64,000 nt of DNA from an uncultured Chloroflexia bacterium (GTDB lineage: Bacteria; Chloroflexota; Limnocylindria; QHBO01), in the NCBI GenBank assembly GCA_963760875.1, contig CAVXEH010000014.1, positions 216,538-280,537 of the forward strand. The letters run 5' to 3'. The notes below the pieces were generated by a model that worked only from the letters and a program-made list of their open reading frames with translations, was not told the DNA's origin and made no database searches. Below, piece after piece: positions 35,688 through 45,342 of the stretch. Numbering within the stretch: position 1 is the stretch's first letter; every line of letters starts with the position of its first letter. The position numbers were made by a program, and so were the translations under genes.

Positions 35688-36647
35688 CTAGCCGGCAGCC
35701 GATTCCATGGCAGTGGCGAGGCCCTCGAGGAACGCGCGGTCTTCGGTCGTGAGCTCGGGTGCCGTGAGCACGAGAAGCGCGACGTTCGCCACGCGGAGCC
35801 AGCGACAGGCGAAACGGAATGATCCGCTGGGCGAGACGCCGCTGCCGGTCGACTGGACCGCAGCGGCGGACAGCGCCCCGGCGACGCCCTGGGCCACGCG
35901 CACGCTGCGCGCGGCGGCCGCAGCCGAGGGCGAGATGCCCATCCAGGTCACCGCCGGCTCGCGGTTCACCGCATGGACGATGGGGTAGATGTCGCCTGCC
36001 GGGAGGCCGCTGCCGCAATCGGTCTGGGAGGTCGTGTCAGATAGAGGCGTCACCACCGCCCCGGGCTGCAGCTCGTTGAGCACCTGCTGCATCACTGCCG
36101 CCGTGAGCGGGTGTGGCGCGGTGACTGCGTCGCCGTTCCAGGGAATCGCATCGACCACCACCGCCCGCGCGCAGGCGTCGGTTGCGCTCCCGCAATGGCC
36201 TGCCCGTGCGTCACGGGTGTGCACGCGGAGGATCGCTGCACCGCTGCGCAGGTTCGCCATCCGCACAAAGGCGAAGCTCAGGGCACGGTCGGCCCCGGGC
36301 CAGACAACGTCCGATCCCGCCACGTCACTGAGGACCGGCTGCCCGCACGACCACAGCCAGCCCTGGCTCCCGGTATCAGCCGGGCACGAGCGAGTGCCGT
36401 GGGTCACCGTCAGCCAGCCGCCGACCAGGACCGATACGCTCGTCGTGCCTGAATCCAGCACTGCCAGCGCCCGGTCGCCGCGCAGCACCGGCATGCCGTC
36501 AATCGCCAGCGGAATCCCGTCCGGATACCGGATTGGCGCGACTGGGTCTGCCTGACTGGCGTCCGGCGTTCCAGCCTGGACGCAACTGGCGAGGCCAACG
36601 ACCAGGACGATCGCCATGGCGGCGGTCACCCGCATGCGGACGTTCAT
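35688..36647 (-). CDS. Secreted/lipoprotein of unknown function.
   Basis: Signal peptide MNVRMRVTAAMAIVLVVGLASC. Several Cys. The start overlaps the CoA-transferase B stop. The upper part of ORF 35688..37580 is opposite-strand or other-frame noise. Confidence 0.55.
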   Translation of the reverse strand: MNVRMRVTAAMAIVLVVGLASCVQAGTPDASQADPVAPIRYPDGIPLAIDGMPVLRGDRALAVLDSGTTSVSVLVGGWLTVTHGTRSCPADTGSQGWLWSCGQPVLSDVAGSDVVWPGADRALSFAFVRMANLRSGAAILRVHTRDARAGHCGSATDACARAVVVDAIPWNGDAVTAPHPLTAAVMQQVLNELQPGAVVTPLSDTTSQTDCGSGLPAGDIYPIVHAVNREPAVTWMGISPSAAAAARSVRVAQGVAGALSAAAVQSTGSGVSPSGSFRFACRWLRVANVALLVLTAPELTTEDRAFLEGLATAMESAAG

Positions 36648-37498
36648 GGCGGCAAGACGGTTCGAGGCGAGGTTTGGTTCTGGCGGACGATACGCCCGAT
36701 TCGTTCCCTGGCGAGCGTCCGCGGGTGTAGATCCCCCGCGGATCGAGCTCCTCGCGGATGAGGCGCAGCTCCTCCGCGGAGGGCGGCTCCGTGACCCCCA
36801 CCGTCGTCGCGCGCTGCGGCTCCCAGGCCATGCGCGGCGAGCTGCTCCTCGGCCACGCCGGGATGGAGGGAGCGCAGCTCCATCTCGCCATCGGGCGCGA
36901 AGCCGAACACCGCAAGGTCCGTCACGACCAGGGTCGGACCGCTCCCGCGCCAGGACGGCGTGGCGTCGCCATCGGTCCCGCGGACGTGGCCGGCGGAGGT
37001 CTGGAAGTCCAGGCGCTCCACGAAGCTGCGACGCGACTGGCGCATGATCACCAGCACCTCGCGCGCGTTGAGGGCGATCTCGCAGGCCCCGCCCGAGCCC
37101 GGCAACCGCACGCTCGGCGCGTCGTATGGCCCAATCACCGTGGTGTTGAGGTTCCCGAAGCGGTCGATCTGCGCCCCGCCCAGGAAGCCAACGTCCACGA
37201 GCCCACCCTGCAGGTAGAAGGAGAACAGCTCGAACATGCTCATGGCCGCGGTGGCGCCGGTGACGATGGTGGGATCGCCAATCGACAGCGGCAGCCTCGC
37301 CGGCCGCGCCCCGAAGACGCCGGCCTCGTAGACCAGCACCAGCTCGGGCGCGACGGTTCGCCGGGCGAGGTTGCAGGCGATGTTCGGCAGGCCTACCCCC
37401 ACGAAGCAGACCCGCTTGCCAGCCAGCCGCCGAGCGGCGGCGGCGATCATCATCTCGGACGCGCTGTACCCGGCGCCGAGTGCGCCCGGACCGCTCAC
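36644..37498 (-). CDS. CoA transferase subunit B (3-oxoacid/glutaconate CoA-transferase family).
   Basis: MIAAAARRLAGKRVCFVGVGLPNIACNLARR...SENGI-type fold conservation. It has an unusual Gly/Arg-rich 60-aa C-terminal tail before the stop. Confidence 0.7.
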   Translation of the reverse strand: MSGPGALGAGYSASEMMIAAAARRLAGKRVCFVGVGLPNIACNLARRTVAPELVLVYEAGVFGARPARLPLSIGDPTIVTGATAAMSMFELFSFYLQGGLVDVGFLGGAQIDRFGNLNTTVIGPYDAPSVRLPGSGGACEIALNAREVLVIMRQSRRSFVERLDFQTSAGHVRGTDGDATPSWRGSGPTLVVTDLAVFGFAPDGEMELRSLHPGVAEEQLAAHGLGAAARDDGGGHGAALRGGAAPHPRGARSAGDLHPRTLARERIGRIVRQNQTSPRTVLPP

Positions 37499-38437
37499 CG
37501 GTACTCCCCGTAGTCCACGCTGCCGGACGGTGCGCTCCCCGGCCGCAACGCCGCGAGCCGATCCACTCCCAGCTTCTCAAGGTAAGAAGCCCGGCCGTCC
37601 AGCCCGTACACCCACTCGCGCAGCCAGGCCTCGAGGCGATCCGGATCGCGCGAGATCAGATCCCACTCCACGTAGAAGGCGTTGTCCCGGTCGTAGCAGC
37701 CCTGGGCGTAGGACGGGTGCGCGCCCCAGGGCTCCACCACCACCGCGTCCACCACCAGCCCGGGCACCAGGGTGCGGTTCGGATCCGCGCGGATGACGGT
37801 CTCGTCCACGAGCTCCTCGACCACTGCGATCACCCGTGAGGCGGCGAACGCCGCCTCCTTCTGGCAGCCCAGCAGCCCCCAGACCTGGACGTCGCCATCG
37901 GCCGAGGCGCGCTGGGCGTGGATGATCGTCACGTCAGGGTTCAGCGGCGGAACCACCGCAATCGACTCGTCTCCGTACGGCGAAGCGACCTCGCGGATCA
38001 GCGGGTTGGCGCGCGGCAGGTCGGAGTCCACGATACGAGCGCAGCGGGAAGAACGGCAGGCGCGAGGCGCCGGCGGTGTATCGGCCCACCATCCCGAAGT
38101 GGCTGTACTCCTCCACCTCGAGTGATGAACCGATGTCGACGCCGCCATCGGTCCCGGCTCGCCGCTCGAGGCGGCGACGGATGGCATGCAGGCCGCCCAC
38201 CCCGGGATTGCCCAACCAGCTGAAGATCAGCTTGCGCGCGCACCCCGCGGCCACCATCTGGTCGTAGACGAGGTCCGGGGTCAGCCGGGCGAGGGTCAGG
38301 TCGCGCCGCCCTTGACGAATGATCTCGTGCCCGGCGGCGAAGCTGATGAGGTGGGTGAAGCCCTCGATCGCCACCGTGTCGCCGTCGCGCACGAGCTCCG
38401 CGATCGCGTCGTGCATGGTGGTGACCTTGTCCGGCAT
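37495..38437 (-). pseudogene. CoA transferase subunit A, split by a frameshift near 38025 (or a sequencing error).
   Basis: The N-terminal half is in ORF 37934..38680 (MPDKVTTMHDAIAELVRDGDTVAIEGF...RLPFFPLRSYRG). The C-terminal half is in ORF 37495..38187 (DLPRANPLIREVASPYGDESIAVVPPLNPDV...). Together they reconstitute one subunit-A sequence across two frames. Confidence 0.5.
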
Positions 38438-38501
38438 CGGCGCGCAGGCTAGCACCTCAGCACGATTGAACATACGGCAGGCCGGCTTCGTCGGGTAGGG
38501 T

Positions 38502-39080
38502 GTGATTGGGACCGTCCCGTACATGGGGGTGGCGAGGGTGGAGGACGTGGAGGCGGTGCGAATCGAGTCGCAATCGGCTCGGGCGGCCGCCTTTGCCGCC
38601 CTGGTGGACGGGCAGCTCGACGCCGGATACCGGCTCGCCACCTTCATCCTCGGTGACCGCGAGGAAGCGGCCGATGCCACGCAGGAGGCGGCTGCGGATG
38701 CCTGGCAACGCTTCGGCTCGCTGCGCGATCACGACCGGTTCGCGGCGTGGTTCCAGCGGATCGTGGTGAACCAGTGCCGGGACCGGCTACGGAGCAGGCG
38801 GCGCCGCCCTGGACCGATGCCGGCCTTCGACCTCGTCAGTCGCGACTCGACCCCGGACGTCGACGAGCGTCAGGCCCTCGCCCAGGCGCTGGCAGGGCTA
38901 ACGCCGGGGCATCGCGCGGTGATCGCGCTGCGCTACCTGGCCGATCTGCCGACGGCCGAGATCGCGGCACGGCTGGGCGAGCGGCCGGGGACCGTCCGCT
39001 CTCGCCTCCATTACGCCCTGCGCGAGCTGCGGGCAGCGCATGACGCGGCGCAGCGCCTGCCCAGGGATCCACGGCCATGA
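38502..39080 (+). CDS. ECF (sigma-70 family) RNA polymerase sigma factor.
   Basis: Region 2 (...ATQEAAADAWQRF...FAAWFQRIVVNQCRDRLR) and region 4 (LTPGHRAVIALRYLADLPTAEIAARLGERPGTVRSRLHYALRELR). Start may be ATG at 38523. Confidence 0.8.
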   Translation: MIGTVPYMGVARVEDVEAVRIESQSARAAAFAALVDGQLDAGYRLATFILGDREEAADATQEAAADAWQRFGSLRDHDRFAAWFQRIVVNQCRDRLRSRRRRPGPMPAFDLVSRDSTPDVDERQALAQALAGLTPGHRAVIALRYLADLPTAEIAARLGERPGTVRSRLHYALRELRAAHDAAQRLPRDPRP

Positions 39081-41362
39081 ACGACGATCGCTTCGACACC
39101 AACCTGCGCTCGGTGGTCCGCGAGGTAACTCGCGTCGGGGCTCCGGACGGCGTGCGGCTGCGGGTTGCCGCGGCCACCGACCAGCCGGTGGTCGTGGTGC
39201 ACCGCTTTGCGTGGCCACTGCGGATCGGGGCAGGCGTCGCGATGGTGGCTGCGGTTGCGATCCTCGCGTTCCTCGTCGTGCGTCCCCTCGCCGTCGGACC
39301 GACCCCGATCATCAGCGGCGATCCGCGCTTCGCCAAGTGCTTCGGAACGCAGACCGACGCCATTGCAGCATTCCCGCTCGAACACGCCCGCGACTACCAC
39401 GCGTACTTCCCGAACATGGGCCTCTCGCCGGAGCTGGAGACCGATGCGGCCGCGTTCGTCGTCGTCTTCGCGAATCCGTTCGGGTATCCGGGACCGCTGC
39501 TGCCCGGTGTGCGAGCTTCCGGGGCTTCGCCACAGGTCTATGAACAGCCGAACCCCGGGCCGAACCATCACGACATGTGCATCTGGGTTGGCGACCTCGA
39601 CACAGGCACCTTCACCATCTACGGCGACGTGGACGTCACCGGAATGACGGCATCCCCGCGCCTCCCGACACCACCAGCCCGGGCATCGGCCACGCCCGAC
39701 CACTCGTCTCAGATCGATTGGGAGGCCGCCACGCTGGATGGCAAGCCGTTCAGCCTGCCCACCGACGCCTCGGTGATCGCCGGAGCGAGCTTTGGCGGCG
39801 GATACGTCCTCGCGGGGAACCAGGGATCCGAACCGAGCCTGGTGACGTGGTGGTCAGCGGACGGGGTGAGCTGGGAGCAGGTCGACTCCGGCAACCCGAC
39901 GTTCGCCGGCGCCACGGCGCAGTTCGTGGTGAGCGTCCCGGGCGGGCTCCTGATGATCGGCGGAGGCGGACTCGATGCCGGGTGCGCCGGCGGCGTCTTC
40001 GGCTGCAACCCGGTGGACATCATGCGCATGTGGCTGAGCAGCGATGGGCAACGGTGGGCTGAGCTTCCGGGGACGACGACCGCCCTCTTCGATCGTGTTC
40101 AGCTCAGCTCCGTGGCCGCCGGACCGTCCGGGCTGCTCGCTGTCGGGCAGCGCGTGCCCGTCCAAGGAAGCACGACTACCCCCGTCGTCTTCACCTCCCC
40201 CGATGGCGTGACCTGGCGCGAATGGCCGCAGTTCGCGGGTTCTTTCCCTGCCGCGGTCGCTCTCCGCGTCATCCCGGTCAGCGGCGGCTACGTGGTGCTC
40301 GGCGGCGACAATCACCCAAACGGAGAATCGAGCGGCACCGCCGCGGCGTGGTTCACGTCGGACGGATCGACCTGGCGGAAGGTGCTCACTCCCAATGACA
40401 GCCAGATCTCGGCTGGATACTCCGGCGCAGACGGCGTCATCGCCCTCTCCGCTACCTCCCCGACGGACGGGCATGAACAGGTCTGGCAATCGCCCGACGG
40501 TCAGTCATGGCACCAGGTCACCCCGGCCAGTCTTCCAATGGTCCCGATGCCCAGTGGTCCGGGACTCTTCTCCGATGGAGCTGTCATCGTCGACATTGAC
40601 TCGGATGGAAGCGGACGCCCCGGTGCCTGGTGGTCCACCGACGGGGTGACCTGGACTCCTCTTGCCACCACTGGCGCTCCGAAGTGGAGCGCGGACGCGT
40701 ACCCGGCCACCATCGGGCCCGCGGGCATCGTCGCGGTCAACTACCCCACCAGCTATGCGGGGCTGGAGCACCCTGAAGTCTGGTTCGGCGCCTGGACGCG
40801 ACCAGAACTCTCGGTTCCCTCGGCCTCCCCGCTACCGACGCCCCTGCCGTCCCAGCCGGTGGCCTCGTCCGCCGCGGGAGCGCTCACGAGGCCTCCGGTG
40901 AGCACCACCGCCACAGAAGCCGGCTTCACGCTGAAGATGACGTTGGACCACGATCGGTACCGCGCCGGGCAGCCGATCGCGGTGACGACCACCCTCGCCT
41001 ACGGTGGGCCGAACGACCACGTAACAATCTGGGGGAATGGCAATCCGGGGCCTATAGGCTTCGACGTGGTGCAGGTCGACGGTCCGCTGGCGATGCACGG
41101 CGGCGGCACGAGTGACTGCGTGTCGTATGCCGTGACGAAAGGCACCTCGGTCGGCTATGCGTTCAGCAAGCTGGGCGGCTGGTCGTACGACGACCCGTAC
41201 GCGCCCTATTACGCCAGCTACTACCACGATCCGCAGCTCCGCCTGCCCGCGGGCACCTGGCTTATCTCGGCAAAGGGGCTCTTCGCCATCGGCGGCTCCG
41301 ACTGCGGCCAGGGGCAGGCCGCGAACCTCCAGGCGAGCATCGAGATCGTGGTCGAGCCCTGA
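39077..41362 (+). CDS. Membrane anti-sigma factor-like protein with an extracytoplasmic BNR/Asp-box beta-propeller domain.
   Basis: Start overlaps the sigma-factor stop. Single TM (IGAGVAMVAAVAILAFLVV). Six or more S-x-D-G-x-x-W motifs (SADGVSWEQ, SSDGQRWAE, SPDGVTWRE, TSDGSTWRK, SPDGQSWHQ, STDGVTWTP). Confidence 0.65.
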   Translation: MNDDRFDTNLRSVVREVTRVGAPDGVRLRVAAATDQPVVVVHRFAWPLRIGAGVAMVAAVAILAFLVVRPLAVGPTPIISGDPRFAKCFGTQTDAIAAFPLEHARDYHAYFPNMGLSPELETDAAAFVVVFANPFGYPGPLLPGVRASGASPQVYEQPNPGPNHHDMCIWVGDLDTGTFTIYGDVDVTGMTASPRLPTPPARASATPDHSSQIDWEAATLDGKPFSLPTDASVIAGASFGGGYVLAGNQGSEPSLVTWWSADGVSWEQVDSGNPTFAGATAQFVVSVPGGLLMIGGGGLDAGCAGGVFGCNPVDIMRMWLSSDGQRWAELPGTTTALFDRVQLSSVAAGPSGLLAVGQRVPVQGSTTTPVVFTSPDGVTWREWPQFAGSFPAAVALRVIPVSGGYVVLGGDNHPNGESSGTAAAWFTSDGSTWRKVLTPNDSQISAGYSGADGVIALSATSPTDGHEQVWQSPDGQSWHQVTPASLPMVPMPSGPGLFSDGAVIVDIDSDGSGRPGAWWSTDGVTWTPLATTGAPKWSADAYPATIGPAGIVAVNYPTSYAGLEHPEVWFGAWTRPELSVPSASPLPTPLPSQPVASSAAGALTRPPVSTTATEAGFTLKMTLDHDRYRAGQPIAVTTTLAYGGPNDHVTIWGNGNPGPIGFDVVQVDGPLAMHGGGTSDCVSYAVTKGTSVGYAFSKLGGWSYDDPYAPYYASYYHDPQLRLPAGTWLISAKGLFAIGGSDCGQGQAANLQASIEIVVEP

Positions 41363-41522
41363 ACCCGTTCCTGCGCCATCGAGGTCTGGCTTCCAGCCTG
41401 GCCTGATTCGGGTCTGGCGCGCGTCAGGCGTGTCAGGCAACGCGGGAACACCCCCGTACGCATCGCCGCACACGTGACAGGTGTCAGGCGATGGCGTGGC
41501 GTGACAGGTGTACAACTGGCCG

Positions 41523-42371
41523 ATGGAGCAGAACGGGTCGCATCTGCAGGTCGGCATCGTCCTCCCCGGTGGCCGTGCCGAGCAGCAGCTGGAGCAGGCC
41601 GTGCTGGCTGACGAGGCCGGCTGGGACGGGGTCTTCGTCTGGGAGGCCGCCTACGGCGTGGACGCCTGGACGCTGCTGGGTGCGATGGCGGCCAGGACGC
41701 GGCGCGTGAAGCTGGGCACTCTGCTCACCCCGCTCCCCTGGCGTCGCCCCTGGAAGGTGGCGAGCCAGGTCGCGACGCTCGACCAGCTGTCGCGTGGTCG
41801 AGCCATCCTGGCCGTTGGCCTTGGCGCGGTGACCGATGACCTGCCGCTGACCGGAGAGCTGACCGACGTGCGGCAGCGGGCGGACCTGCTGGACGAGGGC
41901 ATCGACCTCCTCCACGAGCTGTGGGACGGCCGGCGCTCGCACCACGGACCGGCGTACGAGTTCGAGCTCGCGCTCGACGACCAGATGGTCGTGGCGCGCC
42001 CGGTCCAGGCGCGCATCCCGATCTGGGCGGTAGGGGCCTGGCCGCGGCCGAAGTCCATGCGCCGCGTCCTGCGCTGCGACGGCGTCATCCCGCAGTTCAC
42101 CGATGAAGAGAGTCCCGCGCAGGTCCGCGCCGTGCGGGAGTGGCTGAACGCCCACGGCGCGAGTCCGGCGCTCGACATCGTCATGCAGGGCCAGACCGCC
42201 GCCGATGACGGGACCGCGCCGGCCCAGCTCGCGGCGTGGGCGGACGCCGGCTGCACGTGGTGGCTCGAGACGCTGTGGGAGATGCCGCACCACGTGGACG
42301 AGCGGATGGCCCAGGTTCGGCGCCGGATCGTGGCCGGTCCTCCACGTCCTCCCGGCGCGTCCTCGTCCTGA
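41523..42371 (+). CDS. LLM-class F420-dependent oxidoreductase (luciferase-like monooxygenase family).
   Basis: GIVLPGG...LADEAGWDGVFVWE...ILAVGLGA. TIM-barrel LLM pattern. Confidence 0.7.
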   Translation: MEQNGSHLQVGIVLPGGRAEQQLEQAVLADEAGWDGVFVWEAAYGVDAWTLLGAMAARTRRVKLGTLLTPLPWRRPWKVASQVATLDQLSRGRAILAVGLGAVTDDLPLTGELTDVRQRADLLDEGIDLLHELWDGRRSHHGPAYEFELALDDQMVVARPVQARIPIWAVGAWPRPKSMRRVLRCDGVIPQFTDEESPAQVRAVREWLNAHGASPALDIVMQGQTAADDGTAPAQLAAWADAGCTWWLETLWEMPHHVDERMAQVRRRIVAGPPRPPGASSS

Positions 42372-42378
42372 GACCCGT

Positions 42379-42924
42379 TCAGCCCTGGACCGATGGCGCC
42401 CAGTCCGCGGCCACCAGCCGCTCCACGCCACGGAACGCCAGGTAGGCCAGCGCCACGCCGGCGGTGTTGACGATGACGTCATCGACATCGGCCACCCGGT
42501 ACGTGTAGCCCAGGATCGTCGAGACCGCGAGCTGGCTCAGCTCGATGGCCAGGCTCATGGCCATCCCCACGGCGATCACGCGGCCTGCCGTCCGGCAGCG
42601 CGGCGACAGGAGCGGCAGCCAGACCGCCGCCGGCGCCAGCACCAGCAGGTTGCCGATCAGCTGGGTGGTGTCCCAGATGCTCGTATCGCCTTGCGCGAAG
42701 CCGACCAGGTGCACCAGGGGGACGAGGTTGTTCTCCTGGAGATGCTCGGCCGCGCGCTCCGCGATGAGCAACGCCTGCACCGGCAGCGGGAAGAGCACCA
42801 GCGCCATGACCGCGGCCACGTGGGCGACGATCAGCAGCTCGAGCGCGAGCCTTGGCCATGGCAGGCGCAGGCGCCAGGCCCGCACCACCAGCACGCCCGC
42901 GACGATGACCGCGGGCAGGATCAT
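42379..42924 (-). CDS. VanZ family protein.
   Basis: Four TM helices. NLVPLVHLVGFA...NTAGVALAY matches VanZ-like. Confidence 0.65.
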   Translation of the reverse strand: MILPAVIVAGVLVVRAWRLRLPWPRLALELLIVAHVAAVMALVLFPLPVQALLIAERAAEHLQENNLVPLVHLVGFAQGDTSIWDTTQLIGNLLVLAPAAVWLPLLSPRCRTAGRVIAVGMAMSLAIELSQLAVSTILGYTYRVADVDDVIVNTAGVALAYLAFRGVERLVAADWAPSVQG

Positions 42925-42938
42925 GACCGTGCCTTCGA

Positions 42939-43307
42939 TCACGGATCGGCGCGCCCGATGCTGTCGCAGGTGACGGTGACGCGGTCCAACGGGATGCCGA
43001 ACAGCGTGTAGGCGGTCACCTCCCAGGTGGATTGGTCGCCATCGGTCACGGCTGCGCACCTACCAGTTGCCGGACCGGTTCGTCGAACGGCATACGCGCG
43101 GAAGACGACGCGTTGCGCTGCGTTATCCCAGTGGCCGTACGCCATGTCTCGTACCATCGAACGCAGGGCGGGCGTGCCACCGGACGATTCCCCCGCCGCG
43201 CGACCAGAGGCCACCACCTGGCCGACGACGAGCAGGATCAGCAGCAGCCCCGCGATCGCAACCGCCACCAGGCCGCCCGTGACCCGCCACCCGCGCCGCT
43301 GCGTCAT
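42939..43307 (-). CDS. Small membrane-anchored hypothetical protein.
   Basis: N-terminal TM LVAVAIAGLLLILLVV. High GC3. Confidence 0.35.
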   Translation of the reverse strand: MTQRRGWRVTGGLVAVAIAGLLLILLVVGQVVASGRAAGESSGGTPALRSMVRDMAYGHWDNAAQRVVFRAYAVRRTGPATGRCAAVTDGDQSTWEVTAYTLFGIPLDRVTVTCDSIGRADP

Positions 43308-43380
43308 TCGTGCTTCCTCCCCGGTCCTGCCGCGTCATCATCGGCCAATCCAAGCCGCAGATGCACGAAGGGAGGCCGAC

Positions 43381-43758
43381 GTGGGTTTCTTCCGCTACTG
43401 GTTCCGCGCCGTGCGCGAGGGCTTCCGCGACCCGGCCGCGCGGCCGCTCTTCCTGTCTGTCGCCGCGCTGCTGGCGACCGGCACGGTCGTCTACGCGCTC
43501 GTCGAGCGCTGGTCGCTGCTGGACTCGCTCTATTTCAGCGTCATGACCCTCACCACGGTCGGCTACGGCGACTTCGCCCCGCACACCGTGGCCGGCAAGG
43601 TCTTCACCATGGTCTACGTGCTGGCAGGCATCGCGGTCATCCTGGCCTTCGCGGAACACCTGCTCCGGCGCATGGTCGAGATCCGCGCCCGCGACCACCC
43701 GACCGATGGCGGCGCCACCCCGTCCCCCTCGCCTTCGCGGGGCGCGCTCCACGACTGA
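43381..43758 (+). CDS. Minimal 2-TM potassium channel (KcsA-like pore only).
   Basis: Selectivity filter TTVGYGD between two TM helices. GTG start at 43381. Confidence 0.75.
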   Translation: MGFFRYWFRAVREGFRDPAARPLFLSVAALLATGTVVYALVERWSLLDSLYFSVMTLTTVGYGDFAPHTVAGKVFTMVYVLAGIAVILAFAEHLLRRMVEIRARDHPTDGGATPSPSPSRGALHD

Positions 43759-43943
43759 CGTCCCGGTGTGCGCAGACGCTCGACGTCGCCAGATGCGCAT
43801 TTCCTCGTTGGTAGGCGCGATAACGCTGCCGACGGGGCCGCTGCGGCACTGCCTCTGAGCGTGACGCCGCCTCTCAGAAGCGTCCCCGCCAGGGTCCGGA
43901 GCGCCTACCATCGCCGAATCGGAGATTTGGCGCTTTGCCGGCG

Positions 43944-44654
43944 CTAGAAGTCGAACGACGGCGCAGCGGCGTTCACGAATCCGGCCGCCATGGCGTCCGG
44001 CGCGGCGAATTCGTGGAGCAGCAGCTGGAGGTCACGGACGGCCGCCGCGACCGTATCGGCTCCGCCCTCGTGCTGGGCCTCCACGGTGATAAGCACCTCG
44101 GTCGTCTCCGGTCCCGACGCGCTCTCGGCCGATTGCCGCCAGCACCATCGGCGCGCGCTCACCAACCCGGCCTCGTCCACGAAGATCACCTCGCCCGGAT
44201 CGGGATGCTGCGTCTCGCCCGTACCCAGGTCCGTGAAGCGCTCGTCGCCGCTGGCCAGAGTCACGGTGGTGCCGCCGGTCGCCGCGCGCTGGTCGAACAC
44301 CGCCACCGGCAGGGCGTGGGTGATGCTGACCAGGTTGCCGATGTCGACCAGCAGGTTGATGGAGGGAATCGAGCCCTGCTTGGTCAGGCGCCGCAGGAGC
44401 GCCTCGGCCGCAGACCGATAGCCGGTGGGGTCCACGCCAAAGGCCCGGAACGCCCGCCGCCAGGCGGCCAGGCTGGGCAGCTCGGACAGCGACTTCCCGT
44501 TGAGCATGGCGCGCACCGCGACCTGCTCCGCCTCGAAGCGGGACACCAAGGCCTCCGGAGAGGGACCGTTGTCCAGGCCCGTGACCTGGATCACCCCGCC
44601 CTGGACCGCGGGGAAGCGCTCGACGATCGCGGCGTCGTACCGAAAGCCCGCCAT
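43944..44654 (-). CDS. B3/4 domain protein (tRNA-binding domain, PheT B3/B4-like).
   Basis: SINLLVDIGNLVSITHALPVAVFD matches the B3_4 domain. Confidence 0.65.
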   Translation of the reverse strand: MAGFRYDAAIVERFPAVQGGVIQVTGLDNGPSPEALVSRFEAEQVAVRAMLNGKSLSELPSLAAWRRAFRAFGVDPTGYRSAAEALLRRLTKQGSIPSINLLVDIGNLVSITHALPVAVFDQRAATGGTTVTLASGDERFTDLGTGETQHPDPGEVIFVDEAGLVSARRWCWRQSAESASGPETTEVLITVEAQHEGGADTVAAAVRDLQLLLHEFAAPDAMAAGFVNAAAPSFDF

Positions 44655-44677
44655 GCCCCGATGCTACCCAACCGGCG

Positions 44678-45226
44678 CTAGAGCGGGCGGTTGCAGCCGG
44701 TGGCGAAGCCTGCCGCTATGGCGATCATGACCGCCACCCAGGCCCCTCCCAGCCAGGCGCCGGCACCAACCAGCAGCCCCTGGAGCGGATGAGCGGCACG
44801 CAGCCGCTCCCGCGCCAGCAGGCCGGAGGTCACGAAAGTGACGCCCGCCACCAGACCCACCAGGGATGACCAGACCACGTACTCCCCGGCACTCCCTCGC
44901 GATCCGAACTGGCAATCTCGCACGGCGAGGGTGCTCTCCGTCCATCCGGCAACCGCCACCGCCAACACCAGACCAGCCACCCACCCCACGGCGCGCAGCG
45001 ACCGATCATCCAGACCGCGCCATGCTGCTCCAGCGACGAGCGGAACCATTGCCAGCAGCGGGACCACGAACAGCCACCCAAACGTTGCGCGGTCGAACGG
45101 GCCAATGACCACAGCGCGGCCGCTGACCCACCAGATGGCGTAGACGGTCGCAACGGCGATCAGCGGTGCCGCCACGGGCAGGGCCAGGCCAGTAGCGCGT
45201 TGTGGCTCGGCATGGTCCCTCTGCAT
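44678..45226 (-). CDS. Hypothetical membrane protein.
   Basis: Five hydrophobic helices. No recognisable motif. Confidence 0.45.
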   Translation of the reverse strand: MQRDHAEPQRATGLALPVAAPLIAVATVYAIWWVSGRAVVIGPFDRATFGWLFVVPLLAMVPLVAGAAWRGLDDRSLRAVGWVAGLVLAVAVAGWTESTLAVRDCQFGSRGSAGEYVVWSSLVGLVAGVTFVTSGLLARERLRAAHPLQGLLVGAGAWLGGAWVAVMIAIAAGFATGCNRPL

Positions 45227-45342
45227 GCGCGAATCATGGGCTCCCGGTCAAGACGTCTCACACGCCCGTCCAGCACATGCGCCCTACCGGCGCGCGTGCA
45301 TCCGGCACCCACGGCCCTTGGTCGTGGCAGCACAATGACCGG

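Noticed and set aside
35688-37580. 630-aa minus-strand ORF treated as a single gene.
   Set aside because: Only the C-terminal 319 aa (35688..36647) form a coherent signal-peptide protein. The upstream part is the opposite strand or another frame of the CoA-transferase genes.
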